A stretch of DNA of 62,557 bases, filler included, from Bonamia ostreae (lineage: Eukaryota), in assembly GCA_040357525.1 (NCBI GenBank). It is 30 parts of 30 records of this genome, joined end to end, with 100 filler letters (N's around TTAATTAATTAA, not from the genome) between each part and the next. Parts side by side here need not be neighbours in the genome. Positions count along the whole stretch, not along the records: positions 1 to 2,000 come from JBDODL010001134.1; positions 2,101 to 4,099 come from JBDODL010001135.1; positions 4,200 to 6,198 come from JBDODL010001136.1; positions 6,299 to 8,296 come from JBDODL010001137.1; positions 8,397 to 10,393 come from JBDODL010001138.1; positions 10,494 to 12,490 come from JBDODL010001139.1; 24 more parts are not named here. The stretch is one strand, 5' to 3'. The position numbers and the translations under genes were made by a program. The notes under the pieces were generated by a model that saw nothing but the letters and a program-made list of their open reading frames with translations, searched no databases and was not told the DNA's origin. This document shows, piece by piece, positions 1 through 12,590 of this stretch. Each line of letters begins with the position of its first letter. The stretch's first letter is position 1.

Positions 1-323
1 TCGTCAATGCCATCTTCGCGATGAACTGGATGATAAGATCTGCAGAATATGCAAAATCCATTTGAAGTATAAGCCATTAAAGGACTTTCTTCAAATACAG
101 TTTCGCCGATGTAAAAATCCTTTTTCGATTTCAAGCTGACGCCGCCGAAAGGATCGCTTATTATGTCTACAACGTTTTCCAGATCTTTATCAAGTAAAGT
201 CGATTTTAAGTCTTTAATTCTTTTTTCTAGTTTTAAATATTCTTTCTCGTCGATAAAGTTCGAAGAAGTCGAACTTTTTTCAACGACAAAATTATCGTTG
301 CTGTTATTAAAGACTTCGACCAT
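1..323 (-). CDS. 5' part of SET-domain (SMYD-like) protein
   Basis: Manual translation from ATG 323 is open to the window edge: ...DPFGGVSLKSKKDFYIGETVFEESPLMAY..CIFC. This resembles the SET N-terminal G-x-x-L-x-A-x-x-D-(I/F)-x-x-G-E-x-(I/V)-x-x-E-x-P motif followed by CxxC. Confidence 0.55.
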   Translation of the reverse strand, partial: MVEVFNNSNDNFVVEKSSTSSNFIDEKEYLKLEKRIKDLKSTLLDKDLENVVDIISDPFGGVSLKSKKDFYIGETVFEESPLMAYTSNGFCIFCRSYHPVHREDGID

Positions 324-448
324 TTTGACAAATTACTAAATTCGATAAATTATTTTATTCAAATTGTAATAAAATGGCGCTTGCAATGTTTTCACAACTT
401 TAATAATTTTCCCATTTTTTGCGAAAACAAACTAAATTTTAATAATAA

Positions 449-1883
449 ATGGAAGTTAGAGCCAGCAAAGGTTCGATAAACGATTTTGCTGCGATAATAA
501 TGCCGTTTGAGGATGAAAACGGCCTTTATCCGCTTTGCACAAAAAGATCAAAATCTTTTTTGTCAATTGTAAATAAACCGATTTTGGAATATCAAATCGA
601 ATATTTGTTGAATTTCAAATTTAACCGTTCAGCTTTTTAATTAAAATCATTTTTGATAAATATTTTTATTTTCATTCATTTTAACGACAAAATCGATTTT
701 TTATTTTCATTCATTTTAACGACAAAATCGATAAAATTGTATTTTAAAATTTGTTTTGAAGAAATTGCAGTAGTCGTCAAGAAAGACGAATATAGCGCGT
801 TTGAACGCATTTGCACCAAATTTGTTGGCGACGCCAACATTATTTATTTGCCATTCGACGATTTTGAAAACATGAACACATTCGAAATTTTAAAAAAAGC
901 CGCTGAAACGTATTTTAACGTAAAATTTAACACTTAAAATTTTGATCAAAGAACAATTTTCTGGTCCTCGACGGGAATTTGTTGACCGATTTCGACGTAA
1001 ATTTGCTCTTCGAATTCCATATTTTGCGCAACTCCAAATTTACGGCTGTTTTTAATCAGCCAAAACAAGAAAACAAGATAAAAGACGGTTCAAAAACGAA
1101 CATTAAATGTTCCGAAATTATTGCTGTGCCAAAATATGAGCAAGAACACATCGTTTTTTCAAAGTTCGTCGATAAAAATGCAAAATTCGAAGGTATCGAT
1201 ATCGACAAAGATGTCATCGAAAAGTTTGAAAATTAGAAAAACTTTGAAAATTTATTAACTGCAAAAACGGCGTTTCTAATTACAAAAAGCTAAATTTTAT
1301 TTGTCTAAAAAGCTAAATTTTAAGACACGCGTCATTGTCGGTATTTTCGGCACTGAAAAATATTAATTTGTACTGCGTTTCTTCGGAATTTTTTTCGTCG
1401 GCGAAAACCGATTTAAATGGCGGGAAAATGGCCAAATCGCTTATTCCCCTTTTTCTTAATCTTGAAAATGTCGATTGCCACTTATTTAAAATAACAGATT
1501 CAGAAGTTGTCTGCAGAAATATCGAAAATCCTCAAATTTTCAAAGAAACTAATTTTGAATTCGTTTTTTGATTTGAATTTATTATTTTCTCAGCAACAAA
1601 ATTTTATTAAAATTTAGTCGAAATTGGCCCGGAATTTGAAAAAATTGCCTTGGAGTTTAAACTTAGACGATGAATATCAGAGCGAAATTACAAAATCGAA
1701 CAATTCGTCAAAAGTTTTTTTTTTAAATTTTAGTTTGGGAAAGATTGTGTTTTCGAAGAACCGATAAAAATGGGGTCGAATTGCATTTTCAAAAAATGTG
1801 TTGTTGGAGCGCATTGTTTTTTGGGCGATAGCGTAAAAATAATCAATTCTGTTATAATGGACCATGTTACGATTAAAAATAAG
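449..1883 (+). CDS. EIF2B3: Translation initiation factor eIF2B gamma subunit, 3' truncated, at least 6 exons
   Basis: Nucleotidyltransferase-like N-terminus (KSFLSIVNKPILEYQIEYL) and C-terminal left-handed beta-helix (GSNCIFKKCVVGAHCFLGDSVKIINSVIMDHVTI). GT-AG introns 627-761, 920-951, 1224-1324, 1563-1617 and 1714-1733 restore one frame. Confidence 0.8.
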
Positions 1884-2000
1884 TTTTTTTTTAATTTTTT
1901 GCAGATTTTTTTTTAATATTGATCAAATTGGAATTTGAAAAGTCGAAAAAATAAATTTAAATTCGAAAAAGAGTAGAAAATAAATTAATGTAAATTCGAA

Positions 2001-2100
2001 NNNNNNNNNNNNNNNNNNNNNNNNNNNNNNNNNNNNNNNNNNNNTTAATTAATTAANNNNNNNNNNNNNNNNNNNNNNNNNNNNNNNNNNNNNNNNNNNN
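2001..2100. other. Artificial contig spacer (44 N + TTAATTAATTAA + 44 N); first of 29 copies recurring every ~2.1 kb
   Basis: Identical 100-nt cassette with stops in all six frames; flanking contigs decrease monotonically in length. Confidence 0.99.
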
Positions 2101-2419
2101 AATCAATCTGAGGTGTGGATCACACACCTTTTCGTAACAAATGATAAGTATTTGGAAGCTATGTATAGGGAATACTAAATTTATATCCGCCCCTGTGTAG
2201 CAATTGCACTTTGAAGAACAACAACTATATTACAGCCTATAGAGTTCAGTATCAAATCCACGTCTTGAACAGTTTAAATGAATAAGCATAAATCGTCCTA
2301 CATAGCTATTCGTCAATATATTTATAACTTGCCGCCTAATAATCAACTGGCGGCTGTAAGATAAGCTAGCCTATGTCTTATATCGAATACAGGGGCAATT
2401 TTGTTTTTGTGTTGACTGC

Positions 2420-2855
2420 CCAAAATTTTAGCCATGTTTATAACTTTTAAATGGTTAGGGCTCTCATACTTCATATGCGTATTCCTTTTGACAATGCCAT
2501 TTCTTTTGTACGAAAGGTTTTTTTACTTTGTGACCTTGTCGTATGGCTAGTTTTATAAAACAATGAATTTGACAAAATATCCTGGATTAGATAAGGTAGG
2601 GAGTTCATATCTTGTCTATAGATGCCTTATGTCAGATACCATGATCATTGTCCATGTGACCTGACATTGAAATTTGACTCAAATTTCACAATCTAACATT
2701 TCCTCGTGACTTTAATGGTGTGTGACATGGCTTTCCTATTTCATATGTGCATTCTTATGATAAAGGCTCTCGTTTGGTACCAAATTGTTTGACCTCGATC
2801 TCGAAATGTTTCTTTCTTTCACCGTAGTCATAGTGTTTCACAAATACACCTTGTT
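2420..2855. repeat. Degenerate bivalve-type Helentron/satellite-like repeat (host-type DNA)
   Basis: Recurrent blocks such as ttcatatgYgYattcYt and gtgacct(t)g, ending ...gtttcacaaatacaccttgtt. Resembles oyster Cg170/HindIII-like repeats from memory; not searched. Confidence 0.5.
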
Positions 2856-5239
2856 TGCTAACTGGCATCAGAAGCTTAGCATGTACATAAATGTAAAAAT
2901 GTACATATATTACCTAAATCTACATAGATTATCTAAATTCACTTAGATTACCTAAAGCTACATAGATTACCTGTTCTTAATGGGTTTAGATAGACATTTT
3001 CATTGTATATAAGACGCCTCTTTGTCCGTCATCTTACTTCAGCATATATTGATGTTGAGGATATTATTTCATAAATTTCCAATGCATGTTTGTAACTATG
3101 TCAAAGATATAAATTATGTTGAACATTGGAGTATAATGAAGTTTTTGAATAGAGTTATGATATTTCGAAATAAAGTTGCTGTACCAATCCAAACAACTCC
3201 AATATAAATTGCAAAATCAATATGTTAGTTGTATTTTTATCATTCTTGACTTTTATTGTGGATTTGTCTGAATTCATATACGTCAAAATTTCGAATGAGA
3301 TAACACATTTGCTGATAAAATATGAAACTACGCATGCCCCGAGTCTCAATCAAGCATAAATAGGCTTGTCATGAATCTTTACTTCATTATTCGCTGAAGT
3401 TGCACTCGACAAAAGTATTCATCTCTCTCATGACCATGACTGTACCTTAGCAATTGAAAGGTAACTTGCTTTATATCATTATCTACAAACACAATTGTTA
3501 AAGTGTACTAATGTATCGTTGGATCAATAGATGATAATGTAAAGCATTGTAAAGTGTGTAAACAAAATACACTTCCTTGAAATATATAACCTAAATTGGT
3601 AACCAAGCGTTGGGGATGCTCACGGGTATGTTTATGCACCTGTAAATGCGAAATCGCTAAATCGGACACGATCGGCAAAGTGGATTGTTTTTCTCTGTAT
3701 ATTTTGAACTTGAGGTAAGAAATAAATTTCAATTCCTTATTTTTCAGGACTCTCTCGACCTTAGCGATTTTGTAACAACTTTTAATTGTTCTCTATATGT
3801 TTTTACATTTACATTTTTCTCATAAATATTTTCTTTCTGTTTCTATTCTTTTTTTTTTTCCGTGAATATTTCCACCTAAAAGTAGTATGCGAATAATATT
3901 CAAGTGAAATACAGTACTTTACTTTATGAAAATGAACATTTCAAATATAAAAGTCAATATTCATGGTCGTAATGAAGCAATTGCTGTAATGTTAGGGTAT
4001 GTATAACGATTTGATTTGTACATCTCTCGAAAATCTATGCAATAGTATAAGCCACCACAATAATAAACAATTCATTGTCAAAATAGCAGAATGTTTGTTN
4101 NNNNNNNNNNNNNNNNNNNNNNNNNNNNNNNNNNNNNNNNNNNTTAATTAATTAANNNNNNNNNNNNNNNNNNNNNNNNNNNNNNNNNNNNNNNNNNNNA
4201 CATTATTGACGATTTATATGGGGTAAAACAATTTTCTGGCGATTTGATTAATTCAAAGAAAAGAACATAGCAATACAATTTGCCCAGTGACAATGAAATA
4301 TCCATAACAAAATCACTCTAAGGATCAACATACTGTAGGTTAGCTGCATTTTGTAGTCCCATTCCCTAATCAGGGACAATATATTCTGGATATATTGTAA
4401 TGAATATGTGTATTTTATCCCTGTATTGAGAGTCCAACTTCTAAATTGCAGCGGTTAAATGAAATGGTTTGAATTCCAAGGATTTTCACATTTAGATAGA
4501 CTAAATGACGTTTAGTTTTAAATATAAAGGATTTCTCTGTTTCTTTTGTTTAAGCAAGTAGAATGATTCTACACCTTTTTACATTTTCCATTTCAAACAC
4601 TTCTTACTGAACCTATACCATTCTTACTTATTAATAAAGAGGATTGCTATATGTTGAAAGGATAAATTGAACTTCAAGTGTTATCCATAGAGCAATGGGA
4701 GAAAGATGTTTTCTCTTGCGAATTATTCGTATTGACACCATTCCGATTTGACGAGACATAAAATATAGATAGAAATAGATTTATAAACGAAAAATAATAA
4801 ACTAATTATTGAAGAGCAGTAAATATTTGCACGCATGAATTTACACATTTTTTTCTTTTTTGAAGGTCATTTGATATACATTGTACACAATATTCACTTA
4901 TCGATAGTACAGAATGGTTTTTACTACAAATGCCTGAGTAGAGAAGGGCAATGATAGGTTACCGTATTTTCTCTTAGTCAAGATTTTAATTTATGTATCG
5001 TTATGGCCAGAACATTGTCTGCCTGTATAGACAAACATTGATTTTTCAGCAAATTTTCAGTAAAGTCGAACTAAAGGGATGTGTTAAAGAGTATATCCAA
5101 AGAAGATTCACTTTTCCCGACAAATAGTTTACCACATATCATGTAGAATAAAATTCATACTGTAAAAACAACATTTATTACAATGAGTTGTCAGTATCTT
5201 ATCCATAGATGTTAGAACCACTCCACTTATTGCATTTCT

Positions 5240-5405
5240 ATGTCTTACATGCTAGAATCACACCCATTGTGTTCTAGCGAGTGTTCAGTATCTTGCATGC
5301 TATAATCACACCCAGTGTGTTATAGCAAGTTTTCAGTTTCGTACATGCTAGAATCACACCCATTGTGTTCTAGAGAGTTTTCAGTATTCCATATGCTATA
5401 ATCAT
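5240..5405. repeat. ~48-bp degenerate tandem repeat (host-type DNA)
   Basis: Unit atgctaRaatcacacccaKtgtgttMtagcRagtKttcagt seen at least three times, with decayed copies nearby. Confidence 0.8.
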
Positions 5406-5529
5406 TCCTTAGGTGTTCCATTGATTTACTCTAGGATAGGAGTTAACATACATGTATGGTACAATCGCTACCCTGATGTTTCAGTGCCTTTTACGTATTC
5501 TGTATGTTAGAATATCTAGGGCGGTGCTA

Positions 5530-5605
5530 CATTCACTTCTAAATGTCAAGCATTTGACGAAGGGGCAATTATTGCCTATGGTTACGTCTTGAATTTGATG
5601 TGGGA
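5530..5605. mobile_element. Degenerate mollusc-type SINE fragment; related fragment near 33955-34035
   Basis: cattcacttctaaatgtcaagcatttgacgaagggg resembles cattcagttctgatgtcagtctcatagcgaatggg in another contig; SINE assignment is from recall of oyster repeats. Confidence 0.4.
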
Positions 5606-6298
5606 CCCAAATAAAAGACCCCACCCCCCGTTTACTCTGTGTTCCAGTGAGTTTTCAGTATTGTTTAAATCGCTATCTACATGTTCCATTGAGTTAGTAT
5701 TTTACATGTTAGAAACACTCCCCAGGTGTGTCAGTGAGTTTTCAGTTTCACCCGTTACGACGATAGGATCGAGACATTCTGAAATGCGAATTTCAAAAGA
5801 TATTGAACTAGTTCCTATTTTTGGATTTGAGACAATATACGCATTGCCTTTTCATGGTCTCGTAAGGAAGAAATTAATCTGATTCGCGGTGACAGTGATC
5901 TTGTCAGCTTTATGACAACGACTCTAAGCATTCAGCCTCTGTTTAAAATGAATATTGTTCGAAATATCTTCCAAAGTTGTAAATAGCAGGTCTACTTGTT
6001 AAAAAAATGTAATGAATAATAAGAAACACCCACAATCGCGGAATACAGCCACGAGAGGACCTAAATTACTAAAGCATGTATTGCGATTGTATATATATCT
6101 CGATATAAGATTTTTACAAAAGTTGGTCAACATAAATCATGTATCTTTTTAATGAAGAAGACTATATATTTAATGAAAATCAAGTTACAAGAATGAAANN
6201 NNNNNNNNNNNNNNNNNNNNNNNNNNNNNNNNNNNNNNNNNNTTAATTAATTAANNNNNNNNNNNNNNNNNNNNNNNNNNNNNNNNNNNNNNNNNNNN

Positions 6299-7852
6299 AA
6301 TTCCAAAATCTAACAATCTAAAAATTCCTCAAATCTAGTAAACGATAATTGGACTTATTTCTTTGGCAAGCAAAGATCAGTTTTAATAAACTTCATTTCT
6401 TCAATACCAAATGTTCTGATATCTCTCTTTGTTCCCGGTCTAATAAAAAACTTCAAAGCAGTGACAATCCATTCAGTAAACGTTGCAGTTCAATTGATAT
6501 CTTGTTTTTGTTTCATTTTGGCTGTTTATGTTATAAAGATGCCTTTTTTCATCGCAAATGATCCCTCTTCATCGAATCTTGGCTTCGTTATAGTTGGTTG
6601 CTTTAATTGCTAATTCAAAAAAATGATTAAATTATTTTTATAAAACAGTTGTTTCATTAATGATTTCATCTGCATTTTTCGCCATTTCGCAAACGATGTT
6701 CTATGCGTTTTTAATATTATTGAAATTTAACGTTGAAAACGAACTTTAACAAAAGATATTTTGCAGAATATTCAAACCAAGCAGTTCAGATTGAAATAAC
6801 GGGAATGGCGGCACCAAATGTTCTCTTTGCTCTATATTCTTTGCTTATTAAAAACCAAATTACAAATTTTCAAAAACGGCAAATTTGCTATTTTTTGTTC
6901 CCGATCGTTCTTCATTTTGCCGCATTGTTCATATTCTTTATTCATTCTTCCCCAAAACCACAGAAAGTTATTATTCTTTATTCAAACTATTCTTTGTTAC
7001 TCGAAATTTTAACAAATGTAAAGAGAGACGCAAACGTAAATAAACCACTTCAGAAGAAATCGCTTCGAATTTTCTATAAAGCAGTTTTAAACAAAAAATG
7101 GAAACTAATCTTATTAAACGCGTGTTAATATTTAGCCAATTTATCTGTAACTAAAATAAAAATAAAAAATTGATTTAACAAACATTTTTCAAAGCACTTT
7201 ATTATTCCACGTTTTTGGTTTATCCGTCTATAATGATGAACATTAAACCTTCAAACGCTAAAATCGGTGACAACTGGGGGTTAGTGCTTCTTTTTCTGTA
7301 TGGTGTTTCAGAACTTGCTGCCCGGATCATCAACGCTGCAGATTTTGATTTTGTTAAAAAAATATTTTCAGAACGAAATGTTTTAATGTTTTTTGTTACC
7401 GCAAGAAAAATATTTTATTCAAAGATTCCAAAACTAATTGATGTTTTGAGGCAAGAACTAAATATTTTAATAAAAAGAATGGGATCGATAAGATTCTTAT
7501 TTGTTTTGATACCAATAGCAACATATATGGCTTCAGAAGGACTGTTTTATTTTCCGTCACCAGTTCTCGACGTTATTAATTGCGCTTTTTATTTATTCTA
7601 CGGATTGTCTCATGGATTACTGTTATTCAATTTTTATTACCAAATTTTTTTTAAAAAATCTAAAATTTTAATATTTCTTCTGATAAACTACTTTTTTGAT
7701 AAAATAGAGGAAATAATATTGCCGTGTATATGTGCAACGAATTGGAAGAAGTGGGTGAGATCAAAATCGCAAGTAGCTATTTTTCCTTTTCGTTGGTCTG
7801 CAGTTGCTCCTTAGGATTGTTGAGCAGCTACCTCATTATTAAAATAGTGTAA
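6299..7852 (+). CDS. Equilibrative nucleoside transporter (ENT/SLC29), 5' truncated, multi-exon
   Basis: Multiple TM segments with VYPSIM, YGVSELAAR, RFLFVLIP, YGLSHGLL. Splicing 7388-7477 and 7622-7707 gives an ENT-like C-terminus ...GEIKIASSYFSFSLVCSCSLGLLSSYLIIKIV*. Confidence 0.7.
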
Positions 7853-7860
7853 CCTTTATC

Positions 7861-8121
7861 TTATACTAAATGTTTTAAAATACAAATTCTTTGCCTCTCT
7901 AACCGCTTGAACACAAATTCTAACCTTACAAGTTCAACGATTATGTTACAAATTTCCATTGCGGAATCTGAGTCGCATTTGAGTAAATCTTCTAATTTGC
8001 ACATCACTAAAGTTTTTGGGTCTTTCCAATTTTTTTCTTTAATAGATTCTGGAGGTAACATTGAAATTGTATATCCTTCTAGCAAATCGGCGTTTAACAT
8101 ATAATGGCAATAAGAAAACAT
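7861..8121 (-). CDS. Terminal exon of an unknown protein, convergent with the ENT gene
   Basis: 86-codon ORF with protein-like composition in a gene-dense contig; no family recognised. Confidence 0.4.
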   Translation of the reverse strand: MFSYCHYMLNADLLEGYTISMLPPESIKEKNWKDPKTLVMCKLEDLLKCDSDSAMEICNIIVELVRLEFVFKRLERQRICILKHLV

Positions 8122-8842
8122 ATGCTCATTTGATCACCTACCTGTGACAATGAGTAAGATAACAACTCAGTGGAACAAAACAAGGAAACATATTTGGAGA
8201 TGGACAACTATTATTTGAACGATTTTTCACGTATCAAAATACAACCTCGATTAAATTTTTATTAGTCAATTTTTCTTTAATGTTTAACTTGTTTTCNNNN
8301 NNNNNNNNNNNNNNNNNNNNNNNNNNNNNNNNNNNNNNNNTTAATTAATTAANNNNNNNNNNNNNNNNNNNNNNNNNNNNNNNNNNNNNNNNNNNNCACC
8401 ATCTATTTACACTGCATTTTTCTTTAAGATATCACCAATCATTCATTCTTTAGCATAAAAAATCCTTGTACTCAGACACCACCCCACCCCTGAAATTAGC
8501 TTTAAATTGAAGAATTCAAATCCCACTTATATTTTCGATATACTTATAATTATACATGCTTATAAGGAATGAATGTTAGATAGATCTTTGTCCTACTATA
8601 CAAGTGTTATACTCTGCATTCCTGGAAAAATTCTGGATTTGTCCCTGTAGGGGCTTCGTATATACATGTATCAAAACTACTGACCTGGGTGGAAAGTGGC
8701 AATTTAACTAATATTCTGTTTTTGTTTTTGACGATTTATTTTGTTTTACTTGATTTGATACTCGTATACAAGATCCCAGGATCCGAGCCAGTACTCATTA
8801 CATGGCTGAGAATACAGTACTCGTAATTGTAATGGAAAACCA

Positions 8843-9788
8843 AGGACGCGCTTGATTTGTCTACACCGACAAAACAATGTATACATTTTCTAGATAAAAT
8901 GCAAAGGTGTTTTCTTTTTCAAAATTCAAAATGGTTCTCGCATGGTGTGGCGGAAAATTTGCAGATTTTCTCCTGTATTCTGTAAAGTACATACGGCGAT
9001 ACTTCGAGTGTATTGTTTTAGGTCATTTACAAGATATTTCAAAGAACAAATGAAAACGATTGATATAATTTCTACGACCATCAAAATCAAATTGGCGCCA
9101 ATAATCGGCATATATCTTGGGGTATGGCTTGGTATTTTTTTTTAGATGAATGTAGGTATTTAGAAATGCAAATCAAAATGTATGTTTATATTTTCTAAAA
9201 ATCTTTAATTCAAGACAATGCACATTACACACAATTAATTAGTTTTTGTACTTTTTTGCATAAAAGGATAATACCAGTTTACTGTAAGATAGTCGTAAAG
9301 AATAAAATTTAATCGTATAATGTAAACGAATCATATATTTCGAACAATCATCAAAAACACGTTTGGTGTCATACATCAGATGTATATAGGCATTTATAAA
9401 AGCACATTAAAAATCAAAATACTTTTTAATTAATGAAAATGCTTAAATCATAGACAATGGAGGATACTAGCAATATTTGTTTGCATTAAAATTGTTAACG
9501 CTTTTAAATGTTTAGGCTCCAAGTTAGTTGGGTTGGAATACAGTTATTGAAGTTTTTAGAAATAAAAATAAACACTTTAAAAGATTTATTTCATTTGTCC
9601 AGAGTTAATTTCTCAGGATGTGTTTTAGAAAAGTAAAAGAAAATGAATGAAATGATATGTTATAAAAATAAAGAAGTTTTGATATTTATATGCTAGAATA
9701 TTCACATTGAATATACTACACTACACCAATTTGCACGAAAATCAACTATACTGGGTGTACAACGGTGTAGACAAACTAAGTGCGTCCT
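8843..9788. mobile_element. Non-autonomous DNA transposon (MITE-like) with 26-bp imperfect terminal inverted repeats
   Basis: 8843-8868 aggacgcgcttgatttgtctacaccg versus reverse complement of 9763-9788 aggacgcacttagtttgtctacaccg (23/26 identical); no transposase inside. Confidence 0.7.
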
Positions 9789-10529
9789 ATGTATGATAGA
9801 CTCTACATATATCTAACTTAACGGAATTCCAAACATCCTTATATGTAACAGATTTGTTATTTTTAATGACCATGTTTACTCATGGCTTTTAACGATATTG
9901 GTGATTCTGAATATTAGATGGGAAAACATTTGTATATGTAAATATAATATCTCTCCGAAATCGTCGACATTGAGGGCATCAAACGTACATGTATACGCCT
10001 CAATACTTTTAAAAAGATTTCCCCATAACACTTCCATGAAGTCCCGAACTCCCATACATGCTTTACAGAAGAACCAAATTATTCAATACATGCAAATTTT
10101 GTCATTTCTAGAAAACGGTCCTGATGCAAATATGATATGAATAAAATGAAAACCAATCACTAAGGGATGGGATTATTATATTGTTGGTCTGGAGATATGA
10201 CCACCCTTCCCCAAGGGGATGAATAATCACTCTATAGCCAGTTTTCCGTGGTAGGTATAAGAATATAATCCAAATCAAACACGCAGGGGGAATACTCACT
10301 ATTGTTATTGGGGGTGGGGGGGCACTAAGTAGCCAGTTTGTGCTTCTTTTTTGTGTTTTAAAAGATAGATATATTATATCTAGATCTAATATANNNNNNN
10401 NNNNNNNNNNNNNNNNNNNNNNNNNNNNNNNNNNNNNTTAATTAATTAANNNNNNNNNNNNNNNNNNNNNNNNNNNNNNNNNNNNNNNNNNNNAATTGAT
10501 CACTTTTCGTTCTCTCCACCTTTCCTCTG

Positions 10530-11170
10530 TATGTAATTCTTTGATTTCCAATTGTGGCCCACTCTAACCCGAGGACCATGGTTTGAGCACAGTGCGTAAT
10601 GAGAATTGCTTTCTTTATTTGAGCATGTAAAATTTTGATCCTTTCTTGTAACCGCATCCTACCACCGAAGATTATGATTTGAACAAACCTGGATCTTAAT
10701 TATGTCAGAAAGTTTTTTTGTTTTTTTTTTATATTTCAAAATCTTTGGCACGGTGGTTATTGAAAAGAAGATTTAAATGATTTTCCTTATATGATTGTTT
10801 ATAAAGTTTTAATTCCCTACTATGGCTCTATCATATTCTGGGGGTTATGAAACGATAAAGCATGGATTTGCACTGTGTAGGGAAGCTTTCATACAAATTT
10901 CAATTGAATTAGCTCAATGCTTCTTGGGAAGAGTTGCGAAAGTTACCTCTGTATGCTTTGCTCCCCTATTTATCAACGACGCCACGCCATTGTGATTTTG
11001 TTGATTATATCCCATTTCGAAAGGAGCAAGGACCATCATTTGAAGATATTTGAGTCTTCTTGACCAATAAATGATTTGTATTAAGTTTGATGCAAATTGG
11101 GACAGTGATTCAGGGGAAGATAGAATATTAAATATCTACAAACCGAGAGGTATACAGACGAAAGGCGATC
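10530..11170. repeat. Degenerate ~165-bp-unit Helitron-associated satellite-like repeat (host-type DNA)
   Basis: Three or four decayed units (tgtggccc..accc..atg..ttga...tgtcagaaag / tgtagggaagctttcat...cttgggaaga); oyster-type by recall. Confidence 0.55.
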
Positions 11171-12002
11171 AAATTTCATTGCATTGTATATGTACCACAC
11201 ACGTGTCAATACTCAAATCAATCTATTGTTTATCGCACACATATGTGATCTTAGTATGAAAATTGCGTAATGTGGGAAATTTCCAGGATGTTTCTTTTAT
11301 TTTCACCATGGTCACAGGGAAGGCAATACTTAGTGAATAGCTCTTATTGGAAAACGGAATAGTTCAATTGTTTTAGTGGTATGTTTCAGGGTCTGTACCT
11401 TTCCTAAAATAGGAGACCTTGTCAGTAATAGGATGATATATCGGCTGTGTATATAGGTACAAACTGTATAGATAAATAAACGGTGTCTATCGTATCATTA
11501 ACCACATGATGAGATTTTAAAATGATCCGTAACATAATTTGTACATAGTTGACCTTATTTCTATTATCTCGAAATACTAAACATTACTTATGAGTTCAAC
11601 CGTCGACTGCAATGATTCTAACGTTTTGTATTAGTATATTAGTGGCTGGCATTTCATCGTATGAATTCGGTGAGTGCATCTTTTTTTTCTTTCCATCATT
11701 GTTGCTTATTTGTTATTCTAAAAAGTGACCTGATGTACCTCACTATCAACATTTGTTCCACAAACATTAATTATGACCTTAGGACTAAAAAGCAACACGT
11801 TTTGCAATTGCTGACATAGGCTCAAATTCAAAATAGAATTGGTTGAATACCATGCCAGGCGATGGGCTAAATATTAGAAGGAAAAAATCGATACCTTGTC
11901 AAAGTGATTAAAACGTATAAGATGATATCAAAATTTAGCATAAAACTAATCAAACAATTGTGCGTACCATCTATTCTATGTTAGACTGGAGCTAACGAGC
12001 AG

Positions 12003-12240
12003 AGATCAATCTCATAATTCCTATGCATACAGAATATAAAATTACGAGGAGGGAAAATACGACCCCTGAACATACTCGAGGTGGGATCAGGTACCTAGAA
12101 GGATTAGGCATACCCTGTCAACCGCCCAAACCCACCACCAGCCCTATATCTTCTTCAAGTAATCAGCGTAATGCGTAGTCAACATCAGAGTGTAAAGAAT
12201 GATATAACAATTGATTTGAAACAGGTAAATTACAAGAACG
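12003..12240. repeat. Dispersed host-type repeat; inverted partial copy at ~31262-31317
   Basis: gaggtgggatcaggtacctagaaggattaggcataccctgtcaaccg loosely matches the reverse complement of tgaccggtctacggaagatgct...actcctatacaactcaacccacctc. Confidence 0.5.
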
Positions 12241-12590
12241 GTTTCACCAGGTTTGAATTTCTGTTTCTGACCCATCTTTGATTTTCTTCTGCAACATCGA
12301 TTTGCTTGCCAGTAGCCTATCTCGAGTTAAAAGCTGAACATACACAGAACACCCTCTTGTGTATCAAATAAATTGAGAGAAGAACGCTAGTTTTACTTTT
12401 TGACTTTTCCTTCAGAAATTTGAAAGTATAACCAGACTGTATGACCAGAGACTTACTGAATCTAAGATATTCTGATATGCTTCATGTGTANNNNNNNNNN
12501 NNNNNNNNNNNNNNNNNNNNNNNNNNNNNNNNNNTTAATTAATTAANNNNNNNNNNNNNNNNNNNNNNNNNNNNNNNNNNNNNNNNNNNN

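Noticed and set aside
2045-2056. Periodic TTAATTAATTAA every ~2.1 kb as a biological repeat, TTAA target site or nanochromosome end
   Set aside because: Always centred in exactly 44+44 N; it is an all-frame-stop concatenation linker.
10442-10657. ORFs running into X stretches (also 14451, 16729, 24909, 31381, 39514, 52235, 58458)
   Set aside because: Their stops come from the artificial linker.
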